A stretch of DNA of 64,000 nucleotides from an uncultured Odoribacter sp. (lineage in GTDB: Bacteria; Bacteroidota; Bacteroidia; Bacteroidales; Marinifilaceae). The translations under genes were made by a program, and so were the position numbers. The stretch lies in assembly GCA_910588375.1 (NCBI GenBank), contig CAJUQA010000014.1:4524-68523 (forward strand). The letters run 5' to 3'. The notes under the pieces are model-generated. The model was given only the letters and a program-made list of their open reading frames with translations, searched no databases and was not told where the DNA came from. This document shows positions 10,554 to 20,746 of this stretch, piece by piece (the stretch's first letter is position 1; each line of letters starts with the position of its first letter).

Positions 10554-11051
10554 TTAATCTTTCAATTTTTCAACCCAACTGACAGGAACGGTTGTCAATG
10601 CACAACCGAAATATTGCAAACGGATAGCTATTTTATATTTTCCCCTTACTTCGACTAATTCCCCGATCAAGCCTTCCAGGTTACCCTGTTTCACTCTCAC
10701 TTTATCCCCCACGTTTACTTGGGTAGTCATAAATTCGACTTCATCAAAAGCATGTTCAACCATCATGCGCAAGCGATGTATCTGATCGTCGGGAATAGTT
10801 GCCGGAACCGATTTTTCTTTCAGAAAGGTGACTACTCCGGGAATATTCAGTATTTTCAGAATATTTTCAGAGGCTATATGAACGAATATATAGCCAGGGA
10901 TTAAAGGTAGGGAAACTTTTTTTTTCCGGTCACTCCAAATTCTGATTTCCGTACGTAAAGGCAAATAATTTTCGATATTAGCCTCATCCAAACGTTGTTT
11001 CACTTTTTTTTCCGCCCGGGAAGTTGTGTATACGGCATACCAAAACTGCAT
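10554..11051 (-). CDS. upxY: UpxY-family (NusG-like) transcription antiterminator
   Basis: 165 aa. It has an NGN-like N-terminus WYAVYTTSRAEKKVKQRLDEANIENYLPL...PLIPGYIFV and a KOW-like GDKVRVKQGNLEGLIGELVEV. It lies within a polysaccharide locus. Confidence 0.7.
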   Translation of the reverse strand: MQFWYAVYTTSRAEKKVKQRLDEANIENYLPLRTEIRIWSDRKKKVSLPLIPGYIFVHIASENILKILNIPGVVTFLKEKSVPATIPDDQIHRLRMMVEHAFDEVEFMTTQVNVGDKVRVKQGNLEGLIGELVEVRGKYKIAIRLQYFGCALTTVPVSWVEKLKD

Positions 11052-11082
11052 GAATCCAGCCGATTTTATAATTAATGTTTGT

Positions 11083-13038
11083 TTATTCTCTGACGGCTTT
11101 TTCCATTATGTAATCCATTTTCACCGCTTCAAGCTGGAAATCTATCTCTTCGTATACCGAATTTTTAGATTTGAATTCGGGCACTATCAGTTTCATTTTG
11201 CGTACGACTTCAAAGGTGTTTCCTTCTTTCATGATTTCACCCAGTTCTTTCATTTCAGATTTAATTTCTTCGAAGTCGTATTCCCTAACTTTGGCTCTTT
11301 TTATCCGTTTATGGGGAGTGGGCAGGGTTGTTTCTTTTATATTAAGTACTTCCTCATAAAGTTTTTCTCCAGGTCTTAATCCAGTAAAAACGATATGAAT
11401 GTCTTTTCCCACCTCAAATCCTGATAATTTTATCATTTTACGCGCCAAATCAACAATCTTCACACTTTCTCCCATATCAAATACAAAGATTTCACCTCCT
11501 TCTCCCAAGGCTCCCGCCTGTAATACCAACTGGCAGGCTTCCGGGATGGTCATGAAGAAGCGGGTAATATCCGGATGAGTAACGGTTACAGGTCCTCCGG
11601 CTTCTATCTGTTTGGTGAATCGAGGAATAACGGAACCGTTAGATCCCAGTACATTCCCGAAACGGGTGGTAATAAAAGAGGTTTTGGATTTAGCGTTCAG
11701 TGACTGAATATAGATTTCAGCAATCCTTTTGGTGCATCCCATGACGTTTGTTGGATTGACCGCTTTATCAGTCGAGATCATGACAAATTTATCGACATCG
11801 TATTTAACTGCCAAGTCCGCTACGTTTTGAGTTCCGAAAACATTTGTCTTAATTCCTTCCAAAGGCAGGAGCTCAACCATGGGAACATGTTTATAGGCTG
11901 CTGCGTGATATACTATATCCGGTTTATATTTTACAAATATACTTTCAACGCGCTGATATTCCCGGACATCCCCCATTTCTATGACATAATCGTTAAAACG
12001 GAATTTTTCGGATAATTCCAGTTGTATGTCATATAGGGGAGATTCCGCTTCATCAAACAAAATTATCCGTGCCGGTTTAAAGCGAGTCAATTGTCTTACG
12101 ATTTCACTACCGATAGATCCGGCAGCTCCGGTAACAAGAATGGTTTTATTGAGTAATTGTTTCCGGAGCGCATTGTCATCCAGTTCTATGACTCCCCGAT
12201 CCAATAAGTCTTCAATTTTGATGTTTTTGATGTGCCGGATATTCAGTTCTCCGTTTATCCAACTCTCAAATTGAGGTACTTCCAGTACATTTACATTATA
12301 TTTGAGACAGGTTTCTATCAGTTTTCTTTTTTTGTCCTGAGCCAAGAGTTTTTTGGCAATCACTACTTTATCGACGTTATATCTTTTCAATAAGTAAGAC
12401 AATGCCTGCGATTTATATATCTTCACTCCTTCCAGTACTTTTCCTGCCTTTTTGTCGTTCATATCCACAAATGCCAAGATGTTATACGAAGCGTCCACCG
12501 CATTGTCCAAGGCATGTTTGGCCATCATTCCGTATTCATCGCTTCCGCAGATAATCACATTTTTCTTCACTTTTTCCGCATCAAGATATTGGGCAAAAGT
12601 GATTTTCACAAATAAACGGCTGACTGTCATTACACACATCAACACCATGTATTCTATAAGCAGAAATCCGAGAGGGATAAAAAAAGTCTGACCAAAAATA
12701 AAAAATCCGGCGTTGAATAGTAATAATACCAACTCTCCGGCTGTTAATACATAGAATATACGCAATACATCCTCTGTTCCCGTATAGCGGATGATACCCG
12801 AATAAGTACGTCCCAATACGAAGCTAACCACCCTTACTCCCATTACTACACCCAAAATTTTCATCAGGGAGCTCCAGACAATTTTATCCAATTGAAAATT
12901 GGTCAACACCAAACAGGCTATAGCTATAGAGAATAAACTGAGACATACGTCAATAGCAAATATAATCCACCGAGGAGTGTATGAGATTTTCTGCAACACT
13001 CTCATCCTATTAATCCCATGTGATACAAATGCAACCAT
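11083..13038 (-). CDS. CapD/WbpM/PglF-type membrane-anchored nucleotide-sugar 4,6-dehydratase
   Basis: Four N-terminal TM helices, then ILVTGAAGSIGSE (Rossmann), YHAAAYKHVP and STDKAVNPTNVMGCTKR, all hallmarks of the CapD family. Confidence 0.85.
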   Translation of the reverse strand: MVAFVSHGINRMRVLQKISYTPRWIIFAIDVCLSLFSIAIACLVLTNFQLDKIVWSSLMKILGVVMGVRVVSFVLGRTYSGIIRYTGTEDVLRIFYVLTAGELVLLLFNAGFFIFGQTFFIPLGFLLIEYMVLMCVMTVSRLFVKITFAQYLDAEKVKKNVIICGSDEYGMMAKHALDNAVDASYNILAFVDMNDKKAGKVLEGVKIYKSQALSYLLKRYNVDKVVIAKKLLAQDKKRKLIETCLKYNVNVLEVPQFESWINGELNIRHIKNIKIEDLLDRGVIELDDNALRKQLLNKTILVTGAAGSIGSEIVRQLTRFKPARIILFDEAESPLYDIQLELSEKFRFNDYVIEMGDVREYQRVESIFVKYKPDIVYHAAAYKHVPMVELLPLEGIKTNVFGTQNVADLAVKYDVDKFVMISTDKAVNPTNVMGCTKRIAEIYIQSLNAKSKTSFITTRFGNVLGSNGSVIPRFTKQIEAGGPVTVTHPDITRFFMTIPEACQLVLQAGALGEGGEIFVFDMGESVKIVDLARKMIKLSGFEVGKDIHIVFTGLRPGEKLYEEVLNIKETTLPTPHKRIKRAKVREYDFEEIKSEMKELGEIMKEGNTFEVVRKMKLIVPEFKSKNSVYEEIDFQLEAVKMDYIMEKAVRE

Positions 13039-13165
13039 ATCCGTAAAATTGTAAGGCGATGCAAGATATACATTTTTTTTAATACAGGATTTATTTTAAA
13101 CAGTGTTTTTATTTTAAAAGTAAAAAACTGTGTAAAATCCCGGCGTTTGCACCTGTTGTCGAGAT

Positions 13166-14290
13166 TTAATATATTTTAAGTATTCTAATCTCTTCCTGTG
13201 TGAGGAAACGCCATCTACCCCGGGGTAGATTTTTTTTAGTAATTCCGGCAAAGTAGACACGGTCCAATTTTTCTATCTGATACCCCAGATGTTCGAATAT
13301 TCTTCTGACAATCCGGTTGCGTCCGGAATGGATTTCAATGCCTACCTGCATCTGGTCGGTTGAAACATAACTGATTTCGTCCGCTTTTACAGGTCCGTCT
13401 TCCAGTTCAATGCCTTTAGCGATATTTTCCATGTCCTGGGGTTCCAAAGGCCGATTTAAAAACACATGATATATTTTCTTATGTTCGTATTTGGGATGCG
13501 TTAGTTTTTTCGACAAATCCCCATCATTTGTAAACAGTAGGATTCCCGTGGTCTGGCGGTCAAGACGTCCTATCGGATAGACCCGTTCTTTACAAGCATC
13601 TTTTATGAGAGACATTACTGTTTTACGTTCCAACGGATCTTCCATTGTCGTGACATAGTCTTTCGGTTTGTTCAGAACGATGTATATTTTCTTTTCCGGC
13701 ACAATGATTTCTCCATCCACTTCTATTTTGTCATTCCTTTTCACTTTCACACCAACCGTCTGGATAACCACATCATTCACTTTAACCCTTCCTTCTATAA
13801 TCAAGGCGTCAGCATCTCTTCGAGAACACACGCCACTCATGGATATATAACGATTCAATCTCAGTTCCGCATCCGTTTTTTCCGCTTTTTTTATGCGATG
13901 TTGCAACTGTTTCTTTTTGCTGTAATGCCTGTCGCGTAATTCTTCTTTTTTCTGTTCGTCAACCTGTTCATTGTATTCCGGTTTGCGAAATGGTACAAAA
14001 TGCCTTTTAAAACGCTCTCCCGGTTTACTGTAGTTCCGTCCGAAATATTCTCTTTTCCGTTCTCTTTCTTCTCCTTCTTTCCGGAATTCCTGTCGGGGTT
14101 TTCTTTCCCGGACTTCTCTTCCTGTTTCCGGTTGTGTACTTTTATGAAAATATTTTTTAGCACGTTCCCCATTGTCTTGTCTGTTCCGGCTATAATTGCC
14201 CTGACGCTTTTGCCGCATGTATCCTCCCTCTTTCCCACTCTCTTCGTTATAGCTGCTTCTTTTCTCCTGCTTGTTACTGTATCTATTCAT
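13166..14290 (-). CDS. rluB: 23S rRNA pseudouridine synthase, RluB/RsuA family, with a long basic N-terminal extension
   Basis: S4 domain LRLNRYISMSGVCSRRDADALI and catalytic GRLDRQTTGILLFTNDGDL. The first ~140 aa are R/K/E-rich low-complexity sequence. Confidence 0.7.
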   Translation of the reverse strand: MNRYSNKQEKRSSYNEESGKEGGYMRQKRQGNYSRNRQDNGERAKKYFHKSTQPETGREVRERKPRQEFRKEGEERERKREYFGRNYSKPGERFKRHFVPFRKPEYNEQVDEQKKEELRDRHYSKKKQLQHRIKKAEKTDAELRLNRYISMSGVCSRRDADALIIEGRVKVNDVVIQTVGVKVKRNDKIEVDGEIIVPEKKIYIVLNKPKDYVTTMEDPLERKTVMSLIKDACKERVYPIGRLDRQTTGILLFTNDGDLSKKLTHPKYEHKKIYHVFLNRPLEPQDMENIAKGIELEDGPVKADEISYVSTDQMQVGIEIHSGRNRIVRRIFEHLGYQIEKLDRVYFAGITKKNLPRGRWRFLTQEEIRILKIY

Positions 14291-14348
14291 GTTTTATAAT
14301 TAATATCCATTTATACCCTATCACCATACCTTTCTACTTGCCCATACA

Positions 14349-15428
14349 TTATTTAGGAGCCGTCTTATATACAAATAAAGCTATAACCGAAAATAGTATA
14401 TTCGGTATCCACACCGCTAATAACGGATTCATATCTCCATTTGTTGCAAAAACAGTTGAAAACTGCATAAATAATATGTATGAAAAACTCAGCAAAAGTC
14501 CAAGTCCCAGATGAAATCCCATTCCTCCCCGAATTTTACGGGAAGAAATACTGACTCCGATAAAGGTCAGAATAAATGTGGCAAAGGTATTGGCCAGCAT
14601 TTTATATTTTTCAATCTGAAACTCTACGACATTCGAGCTTCCCCTCAGTTTCATGCGGTCGATGTATTCTTCCAGTTCGGGCAAGGTCAATTGTTCTTTT
14701 ATCTTGCTAGGATCTTTGGAAAATTCGGAAGGCACAAATCCCAATAAAGTGTCCAACTGTTTGCCTACGGTGTATTTTTCTTTGTCTCCGTCGATTTCCC
14801 GCAATTTCCAATTAGTAATCACCCATTTTTCTTTTTCTTTATCCCAGGCTATCCGGGAAGAAATCAATTTGCTTTTTAAAGTATCCCCTTCAAAGTTTTC
14901 AATCGAAAAATCATATCCCGTATTGGCTGCGGCAGAATAGCTGGACATGTAGATAAATACTCCCGGAGCTATCTGACGGTGTATATTGGATTCTTTATTG
15001 GAATATTTTTTGCCCATATATTGTTCTTGGAATAAAATCCGTTTCTGATTGGCATTCGGGATGATAAATCCTCCCAAAAGGAAGGAGAAGACAGCAATGA
15101 TACAAGCTGATATGAAATACGGATACAGAAAACGTTTAAAGCTGATTCCGGTACTGAGAATGGCTATGATTTCACTGTCATAAGCCATTTTGGATGTAAA
15201 GAATATTACTGAAATAAATGTAAATAACGGCGAAAATACATTGGCAAAGTATGGGATGAAGTTCATATAATAATCAAATATAATGGCACTGACAGGCGCA
15301 TCATTTTCTATGAATTTCTCCAATCGTTCGGAAATATCGAACACGACTACTATACAAAGAATCAATAGCAGGCAAAAGAAAAATGTGCCAAGAAATTTCC
15401 GTATAATATATAAGTCGAGAGTTTTCAT
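14349..15428 (-). CDS. LptF/LptG (YjgP/YjgQ) family LPS export permease
   Basis: MKTLDLYIIRKFLGTFFFCLLLIL start. Topology is 3 TM, a periplasmic beta-jellyroll-sized insert, then 3 TM. Confidence 0.7.
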   Translation of the reverse strand: MKTLDLYIIRKFLGTFFFCLLLILCIVVVFDISERLEKFIENDAPVSAIIFDYYMNFIPYFANVFSPLFTFISVIFFTSKMAYDSEIIAILSTGISFKRFLYPYFISACIIAVFSFLLGGFIIPNANQKRILFQEQYMGKKYSNKESNIHRQIAPGVFIYMSSYSAAANTGYDFSIENFEGDTLKSKLISSRIAWDKEKEKWVITNWKLREIDGDKEKYTVGKQLDTLLGFVPSEFSKDPSKIKEQLTLPELEEYIDRMKLRGSSNVVEFQIEKYKMLANTFATFILTFIGVSISSRKIRGGMGFHLGLGLLLSFSYILFMQFSTVFATNGDMNPLLAVWIPNILFSVIALFVYKTAPK

Positions 15429-15443
15429 ACCAACAAGCTAATA

Positions 15444-16574
15444 TTAGAGACGAGTGGTTATTTTCTTTAAGACGGCTGTTTTCCATTTCATGAAGTCTCC
15501 TTCCAAGATATGTCGGCGCGCCTCTTTAACTAACCACAAATAAAATGCCAGATTATGAATGGAACAAATCTGCAATCCCAATATTTCATCGGCTTTAATG
15601 AGATGACGCAAATAAGCTTTGGAGTATTCTTTATCGACATAACACAATCCGGCAGGATCTATCGGCGAGAAATCGCGCTCCCACTTCTGATTTTTAATGT
15701 TAATCACCCCTTCTGTGGTAAACAACATGCCGTTTCTGCCATTACGGGTAGGCATGACGCAATCAAACATATCTACTCCCCGGGCAATGCCCTCCAGAAT
15801 ATTTTCAGGTGTCCCCACTCCCATCAGGTAACGGGGTTTGTTTTGAGGCAGAATGCGATTAACAACCTCAATCATTGCATACATCTCTTCAGTAGGTTCT
15901 CCCACTGCCAGACCACCAATAGCATATCCGGCCCGATCTAAAGAAACAGCATGCTCCGCAGCTTTTTCCCGCAAATCTTTGTAGACGCATCCCTGCACGA
16001 TGGGAAATAAATTCTGTTCATATCCGTACAACGGTTCGGTCGTATCCAACCGGGCAACGCAACGTTCAAGCCAACGCTGTGTCAGTTCCAACGAGTTTTT
16101 GGCATAACGGTAGTCACTATTTCCCGGAGGACATTCGTCAAAAGCCATAATAATATCGGCTCCTATTTTCCGCTGAATATCCATGACATTTTCAGGAGTA
16201 AACATGTGTTTTGAACCGTCAATATGAGAACGGAACATGACTCCTTCTTCAGTAATCTTGCGGCTGTCCGTCAGCGAAAATACCTGAAACCCGCCGCTGT
16301 CTGTCAAAATTGGACGATCCCAGGCATTAAATTTATGCAATCCTCCGGCTGCCTGGAGAACTTCCGTCCCCGGACGCAGATAAAGATGATAAGTATTTCC
16401 CAGGATAATTTCAGCCTGAATATCCTGTTTCAATTCTCTGGCATGCACAGCTTTTACGGTACCAACTGTCCCGACCGGCATAAAAATAGGTGTATGAATT
16501 TCACCGTGATCAGTGGTGAGTATTCCGCAACGGGCTTCACTTTCCTTGTCTTTAGCCAGTAGATTAAAATGCAT
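15444..16574 (-). CDS. tgt: tRNA-guanine transglycosylase (queuine tRNA-ribosyltransferase)
   Basis: ARCGILTTDHGEIHTPIFMPVGT, LTDSGGFQV and the zinc-site region CYVDKEYSKAYLRHL. I use the start MHFNLL at 16574. The track's extra 35 codons (to 16679) have no Tgt homology. Confidence 0.9.
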   Translation of the reverse strand: MHFNLLAKDKESEARCGILTTDHGEIHTPIFMPVGTVGTVKAVHARELKQDIQAEIILGNTYHLYLRPGTEVLQAAGGLHKFNAWDRPILTDSGGFQVFSLTDSRKITEEGVMFRSHIDGSKHMFTPENVMDIQRKIGADIIMAFDECPPGNSDYRYAKNSLELTQRWLERCVARLDTTEPLYGYEQNLFPIVQGCVYKDLREKAAEHAVSLDRAGYAIGGLAVGEPTEEMYAMIEVVNRILPQNKPRYLMGVGTPENILEGIARGVDMFDCVMPTRNGRNGMLFTTEGVINIKNQKWERDFSPIDPAGLCYVDKEYSKAYLRHLIKADEILGLQICSIHNLAFYLWLVKEARRHILEGDFMKWKTAVLKKITTRL

Positions 16575-16881
16575 GCGTCTCAATATTTTAGGATAATGGG
16601 TTGCAAAGATACATTTTTTTACGGATATACGGCAGCGAAAGTCCGTTGTCTCGCCATTTTTCATTTCTATTTCAGCCACCGAAGAGAAAGGCTCAGTTCA
16701 TTCCGAAATAAATTTCTCAACTCCGGCAATATTCACCTCAAAAAGACTTTGAAAACAGATATTTTTTTTAAACCTTTGAAGCTGCCAAAAGTCAATCCCC
16801 GGAATTATTTCCATTTGATCTCAGGCAATTTTATTTAAACCGAATAATAATTCATAATTAATAAATTAATGTTTATCTGAA

Positions 16882-19089
16882 ATGAGAAGGATATACCGCA
16901 TTGTTTTTTTATTTTTTATTTACAGTTTTTATTTGTCCACTCAGGCACAAACACAATCCCTAAGTCTGGAAGATTTCTTTGTGAAGGGTACGTTCGGTTC
17001 TAAAGGCGTTTACGGTCTCCGTTCTATGAACGACGGGGAACATTATACCGTGTTAGAAAATCAAGGGAAAAAAATCACCCAATACAGTTACAAAACAGGC
17101 AAACCGGTTGCCACCTTATTGGACTTGGAGAATCTTGACCAAAATGACATAAAACAAATCAGCAATTATCAGTTTAATCAGGATGAAAGCCGCCTTCTAC
17201 TATCTACGAATGTAACACCTATTTATCGTCGGTCATACACTGCAGATTATTATATCTACGATTTCAAAAATAAAGAGCTCAAAGCTCTTTCTGACCAAGG
17301 TAGTCAACGGCTGGCAACTTTTTCTCCCGATGGATTACGTATCGCTTTCGTAAGGGACAATAATTTATTTATTCATGACCTGCGATTCGGTACGGAACAG
17401 CAGATTACGTTTGACGGCCAATATAATCATATTATCAATGGGGCGCCAGACTGGGTGTATGAAGAAGAGTTCGCCTTCAACAAAGCTTTTGAATGGGCAC
17501 CGGACGGTTCTGCCCTTGCTTATATCAAATTCGACGAGTCCGAAGTGAAAGAGTATCCGATGAATATGTTTGAAGGACAAAAACCGTCCATCACCAATAA
17601 CGAGCTCTACCCTTCTGTCTACAGTTACAAATATCCGAAAGCGGGCGAAGTCAATTCCAAAGTATCAGTACATGTATACGATATAAAAGACAAAACTACG
17701 CTGACAATGGATACCGGCGAAGAACAGGATATCTATCTACCGCGCATCCGTTGGACAAAGGATCCTAAACGGTTGGCAATTATTCGCTTAAACCGGTTAC
17801 AGAACAAAATGGATGTGTTGCTTGCCAATGTCCGTACAGGCCGTACGACCCCATTGTATCGGGAAGAAAACAAGTACTATATTGACGAAAGTAATCTAGA
17901 CCATCTGATTTTTCTGGAGGACGGCGAACATTTTGTCATCACGAGCGAAAAGAGCGGTTACATGCACATCTATCTGTATGATATGAGCGGTCATGAAAAA
18001 AGAGCTATCAGTAGCGGTAATTATGATATTGCCGATTTTTACGGATATGACCCTGTCCGGAAGTTATTTTATTATTCTTCTTTTGAAGAATCGCCCCTCG
18101 AAAAACAGATTTATGCCGTAGACGCCAAAGGGAAGAAAACGAAGATAACAACAGTCAAAGGCTGGAATAGCGCCGCATTCAGCAAAACATTCAATTATTA
18201 CATCCATACCGTATCGGATATTCAGACACCTCCGGTGATTAGTTTATATAATGCCAAAAACAAACTGATACGCGTGTTGGAAGACAATCACGATTTGTCC
18301 GAGGTCATAAAAGAATATCCTCTTACCCCGAAAGAATTTATCCAAATTCCAGCCGCAGACGGAGAAACCCAACTGAATGCCTGGATTATGAAACCGGTAA
18401 ATTTTGACCCGTCCCGGAAATATCCCGTATTGATTACCCAATACAGCGGTCCGAACTCCCAACAGGTAAAAAATGCCTGGGGTGGAGTAAACTGGCTGAA
18501 CTATCTGGCACAGGAAGGTTATATCGTTGTTTGCATCGATCCGAGAGGTACGGCAGCCCGGGGAGAAGAGTTCCGGAAATGTACTTATATGCAATTAGGG
18601 AAATACGAAAGCGACGATATGATCGCATCTGCCCGCTGGCTTGCCAGTCAACCGTATGTAGACGGTCAAAAAATCGGTATCTGGGGCTGGAGTTACGGTG
18701 GTTTCATGTCTTCACTCTGTATCCTAAAAGGCCACGATGTTTTCAGTACCGCCATTGCCATTGCCCCGGTTACCAACTTTAAATATTACGATTCCATCTA
18801 TACGGAACGTTATATGCGTACCCCTCAGGAAAATGAAAAAGGATATACCGAACATTCTCCCCTTAGCTGGGCAGATAAGCTAAAAGGCAATCTCCTGCTT
18901 TGCCACGGAACGGCAGATGATAACGTTCATATTCAAAATGCGTATGAACTGGCAGAACGGTTGGTGCAAGCCAATAAACAATTCGATATGGGTATCTATA
19001 CCAACCGCAATCATAGTATTTACGGAGGAAACACCAGTCTGCAACTATATACGAAATTTGTGAAATACCTGAATGAACATTTGAAATAA
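16882..19089 (+). CDS. dipeptidyl-peptidase IV (S9B serine peptidase), secreted
   Basis: Signal peptide, DPP-IV N-terminal propeller motifs (DWVYEEEF), and the catalytic GIWGWSYGG nucleophile elbow with downstream D and H. Confidence 0.85.
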   Translation: MRRIYRIVFLFFIYSFYLSTQAQTQSLSLEDFFVKGTFGSKGVYGLRSMNDGEHYTVLENQGKKITQYSYKTGKPVATLLDLENLDQNDIKQISNYQFNQDESRLLLSTNVTPIYRRSYTADYYIYDFKNKELKALSDQGSQRLATFSPDGLRIAFVRDNNLFIHDLRFGTEQQITFDGQYNHIINGAPDWVYEEEFAFNKAFEWAPDGSALAYIKFDESEVKEYPMNMFEGQKPSITNNELYPSVYSYKYPKAGEVNSKVSVHVYDIKDKTTLTMDTGEEQDIYLPRIRWTKDPKRLAIIRLNRLQNKMDVLLANVRTGRTTPLYREENKYYIDESNLDHLIFLEDGEHFVITSEKSGYMHIYLYDMSGHEKRAISSGNYDIADFYGYDPVRKLFYYSSFEESPLEKQIYAVDAKGKKTKITTVKGWNSAAFSKTFNYYIHTVSDIQTPPVISLYNAKNKLIRVLEDNHDLSEVIKEYPLTPKEFIQIPAADGETQLNAWIMKPVNFDPSRKYPVLITQYSGPNSQQVKNAWGGVNWLNYLAQEGYIVVCIDPRGTAARGEEFRKCTYMQLGKYESDDMIASARWLASQPYVDGQKIGIWGWSYGGFMSSLCILKGHDVFSTAIAIAPVTNFKYYDSIYTERYMRTPQENEKGYTEHSPLSWADKLKGNLLLCHGTADDNVHIQNAYELAERLVQANKQFDMGIYTNRNHSIYGGNTSLQLYTKFVKYLNEHLK

Positions 19090-19098
19090 AACAAAACT

Positions 19099-20559
19099 AT
19101 GGCAACGTTACAAGACTTACAACCCCAAGCCGTATGGCAGAATTTTTACAAACTGACACAAGTGCCACGTCCCTCTAACCATGAGGAAAAAGCGCGGGAG
19201 TTTATGATGAACTGGGCAAAAGAACATCATATTGAAGCCCGTATAGACGAGGCTGGCAATATTATCATGAGCAAACCTGCCACTCCCGGCATGGAAAACC
19301 GAAAAGGTGTTATCCTGCAAGGCCATTTGGATATGGTTCCGCAGAAAAACGAGGACACTGCACATGATTTCACAAAAGATCCCATCCAGGCATACGTAGA
19401 TGGAGAATGGGTACGTGCCAAAGGCACAACACTTGGTGCTGACAACGGTATGGGGGTAGCCGCTGCCATGGCAGTGCTGACCGCTACAGATATACCTCAC
19501 GGACCGATAGAAGTTTTAATCACCGCTACGGAAGAAACGGGTATGGACGGTGCTATCGGACTGAAAACCGGAGAATTAAAAGGAGAAATCCTTTTAAATA
19601 TGGACTCGGAAAGCGAAGGTGAACTGTATGTAGGATGTGCGGGCGGCCTGGATTCCACTTTTGAGTTCAATTGTGAAGAAGAAAAAACACCGGCAGCCAG
19701 CAAGGCGTACAAATTAGCGGTGAAGGGCCTTAAAGGAGGCCATTCGGGTATGGATATCAACTTGGGACGGGGCAATTCCAACCTGCTGTTATTCCGTTTT
19801 CTGAAAGCCAACGCAACCATGCTACAATTAAGACTGGCATCTATCAATGGTGGGTCGTTAAGAAACGCAATCCCCAGAGAGAGTTTTGCCGTTGTAACGG
19901 TTCATGAAACTCAAGCAGAAAAATTGATCCAGCAAGTAAAAGAATTCGAAACCATTTATAAATCCGAATTGCAACTGACTGAACCTGATTTACAGTTCTT
20001 CTCAGAAGAAACAGAATTGCCGGCACAGGTAATGAGTAAAGATTTACAAGCACGGCTTATCAATGCCATTGTAGCCTGCCCGAACGGAGTGGTCCGCATG
20101 TCGGACGCCATGGCAGGCACCGTAGAAACATCCAACAATCTGGCACTCATTCAATCCAAGAACGGTAAAGTGGTTATCAACACACTGATGCGTTCATTCG
20201 TTGAAACAGCCAAAGACGCCTTGGCCGAATCTTTAGATGCCGTTTTTGAACTGGCAAAAGCCGATAAAATTGTCTTCGACGGGGCCTATCCCGGTTGGAA
20301 ACCCAATCCGGATTCAGCCATTCTGAAATTAATGAAAAACATTTACCAGAAAATGTATGGCAAAGAACCCCGCGTGATGGCTATACACGCGGGCTTGGAA
20401 TGTGGAATTCTGGGATCGAAATATGCCAACTGGGATATGATTTCTTTCGGTCCCACCATCTGCCATCCCCATTCTCCCGACGAAAAAGTGAATATTGCTT
20501 CCGTCGGAAAATTTTGGGATTACCTGAAAGAAACGCTGAAAAATATTCCTGTGAAATAA
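19099..20559 (+). CDS. pepD: aminoacyl-histidine (Xaa-His) dipeptidase, M20 family
   Basis: VPRPSNHEEK, LQGHLDMVPQKN, TTLGADNGMGVA and TATEETGMDGA match the PepD motifs. Confidence 0.85.
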   Translation: MATLQDLQPQAVWQNFYKLTQVPRPSNHEEKAREFMMNWAKEHHIEARIDEAGNIIMSKPATPGMENRKGVILQGHLDMVPQKNEDTAHDFTKDPIQAYVDGEWVRAKGTTLGADNGMGVAAAMAVLTATDIPHGPIEVLITATEETGMDGAIGLKTGELKGEILLNMDSESEGELYVGCAGGLDSTFEFNCEEEKTPAASKAYKLAVKGLKGGHSGMDINLGRGNSNLLLFRFLKANATMLQLRLASINGGSLRNAIPRESFAVVTVHETQAEKLIQQVKEFETIYKSELQLTEPDLQFFSEETELPAQVMSKDLQARLINAIVACPNGVVRMSDAMAGTVETSNNLALIQSKNGKVVINTLMRSFVETAKDALAESLDAVFELAKADKIVFDGAYPGWKPNPDSAILKLMKNIYQKMYGKEPRVMAIHAGLECGILGSKYANWDMISFGPTICHPHSPDEKVNIASVGKFWDYLKETLKNIPVK

Positions 20560-20573
20560 CCCAATAACAGATG

Positions 20574-20620
20574 TATTCCCCGGACGATAGTATTACTGCT
20601 TTCTCCGGGGAATATTTATA
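20574..20620 (+). terminator. stem-loop downstream of pepD (possible intrinsic terminator)
   Basis: TATTCCCCGGA (20574-20584) pairs with TCCGGGGAATA (20604-20614), an 11-bp stem with a 19-nt loop, followed by TTTATA. Confidence 0.4.
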
Positions 20621-20715
20621 TCCGAGCCTTTAATATCTTAACATCCTCATTTCCCTTTTAACTATCCGGGAGTCACTTTTTATCTTTCTTTAACCCTTTA
20701 ATCGGAAAATCATAG

Positions 20716-20723
20716 TATCTTTG
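20716..20723 (+). promoter_or_regulatory. Bacteroidetes-type -7 promoter box (TAnnTTTG)
   Basis: TATCTTTG is an exact match to the TAnnTTTG consensus, 24 nt upstream of the ATG at 20747. No convincing -33 TTTG was seen. Confidence 0.35.
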
Positions 20724-20746
20724 TCGCATATTTTCGATGAAGAAAG

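Noticed and set aside
13100-13131. AT-rich imperfect hairpin (ACAGTGTTTTTA...TAAAAAACTGT) downstream of rluB
   Set aside because: It has a bulged, almost all-A:T stem in an AT-rich spacer, which is too weak to call a terminator with confidence.
13891-14238. 115-aa alternative-frame ORF on the minus strand
   Set aside because: It lies within the low-complexity purine-rich 5' part of rluB. Such repeats keep several frames open.
16575-16679. 35-codon extension of tgt
   Set aside because: It has no similarity to Tgt N-termini. The conserved sequence begins right after Met at 16574.
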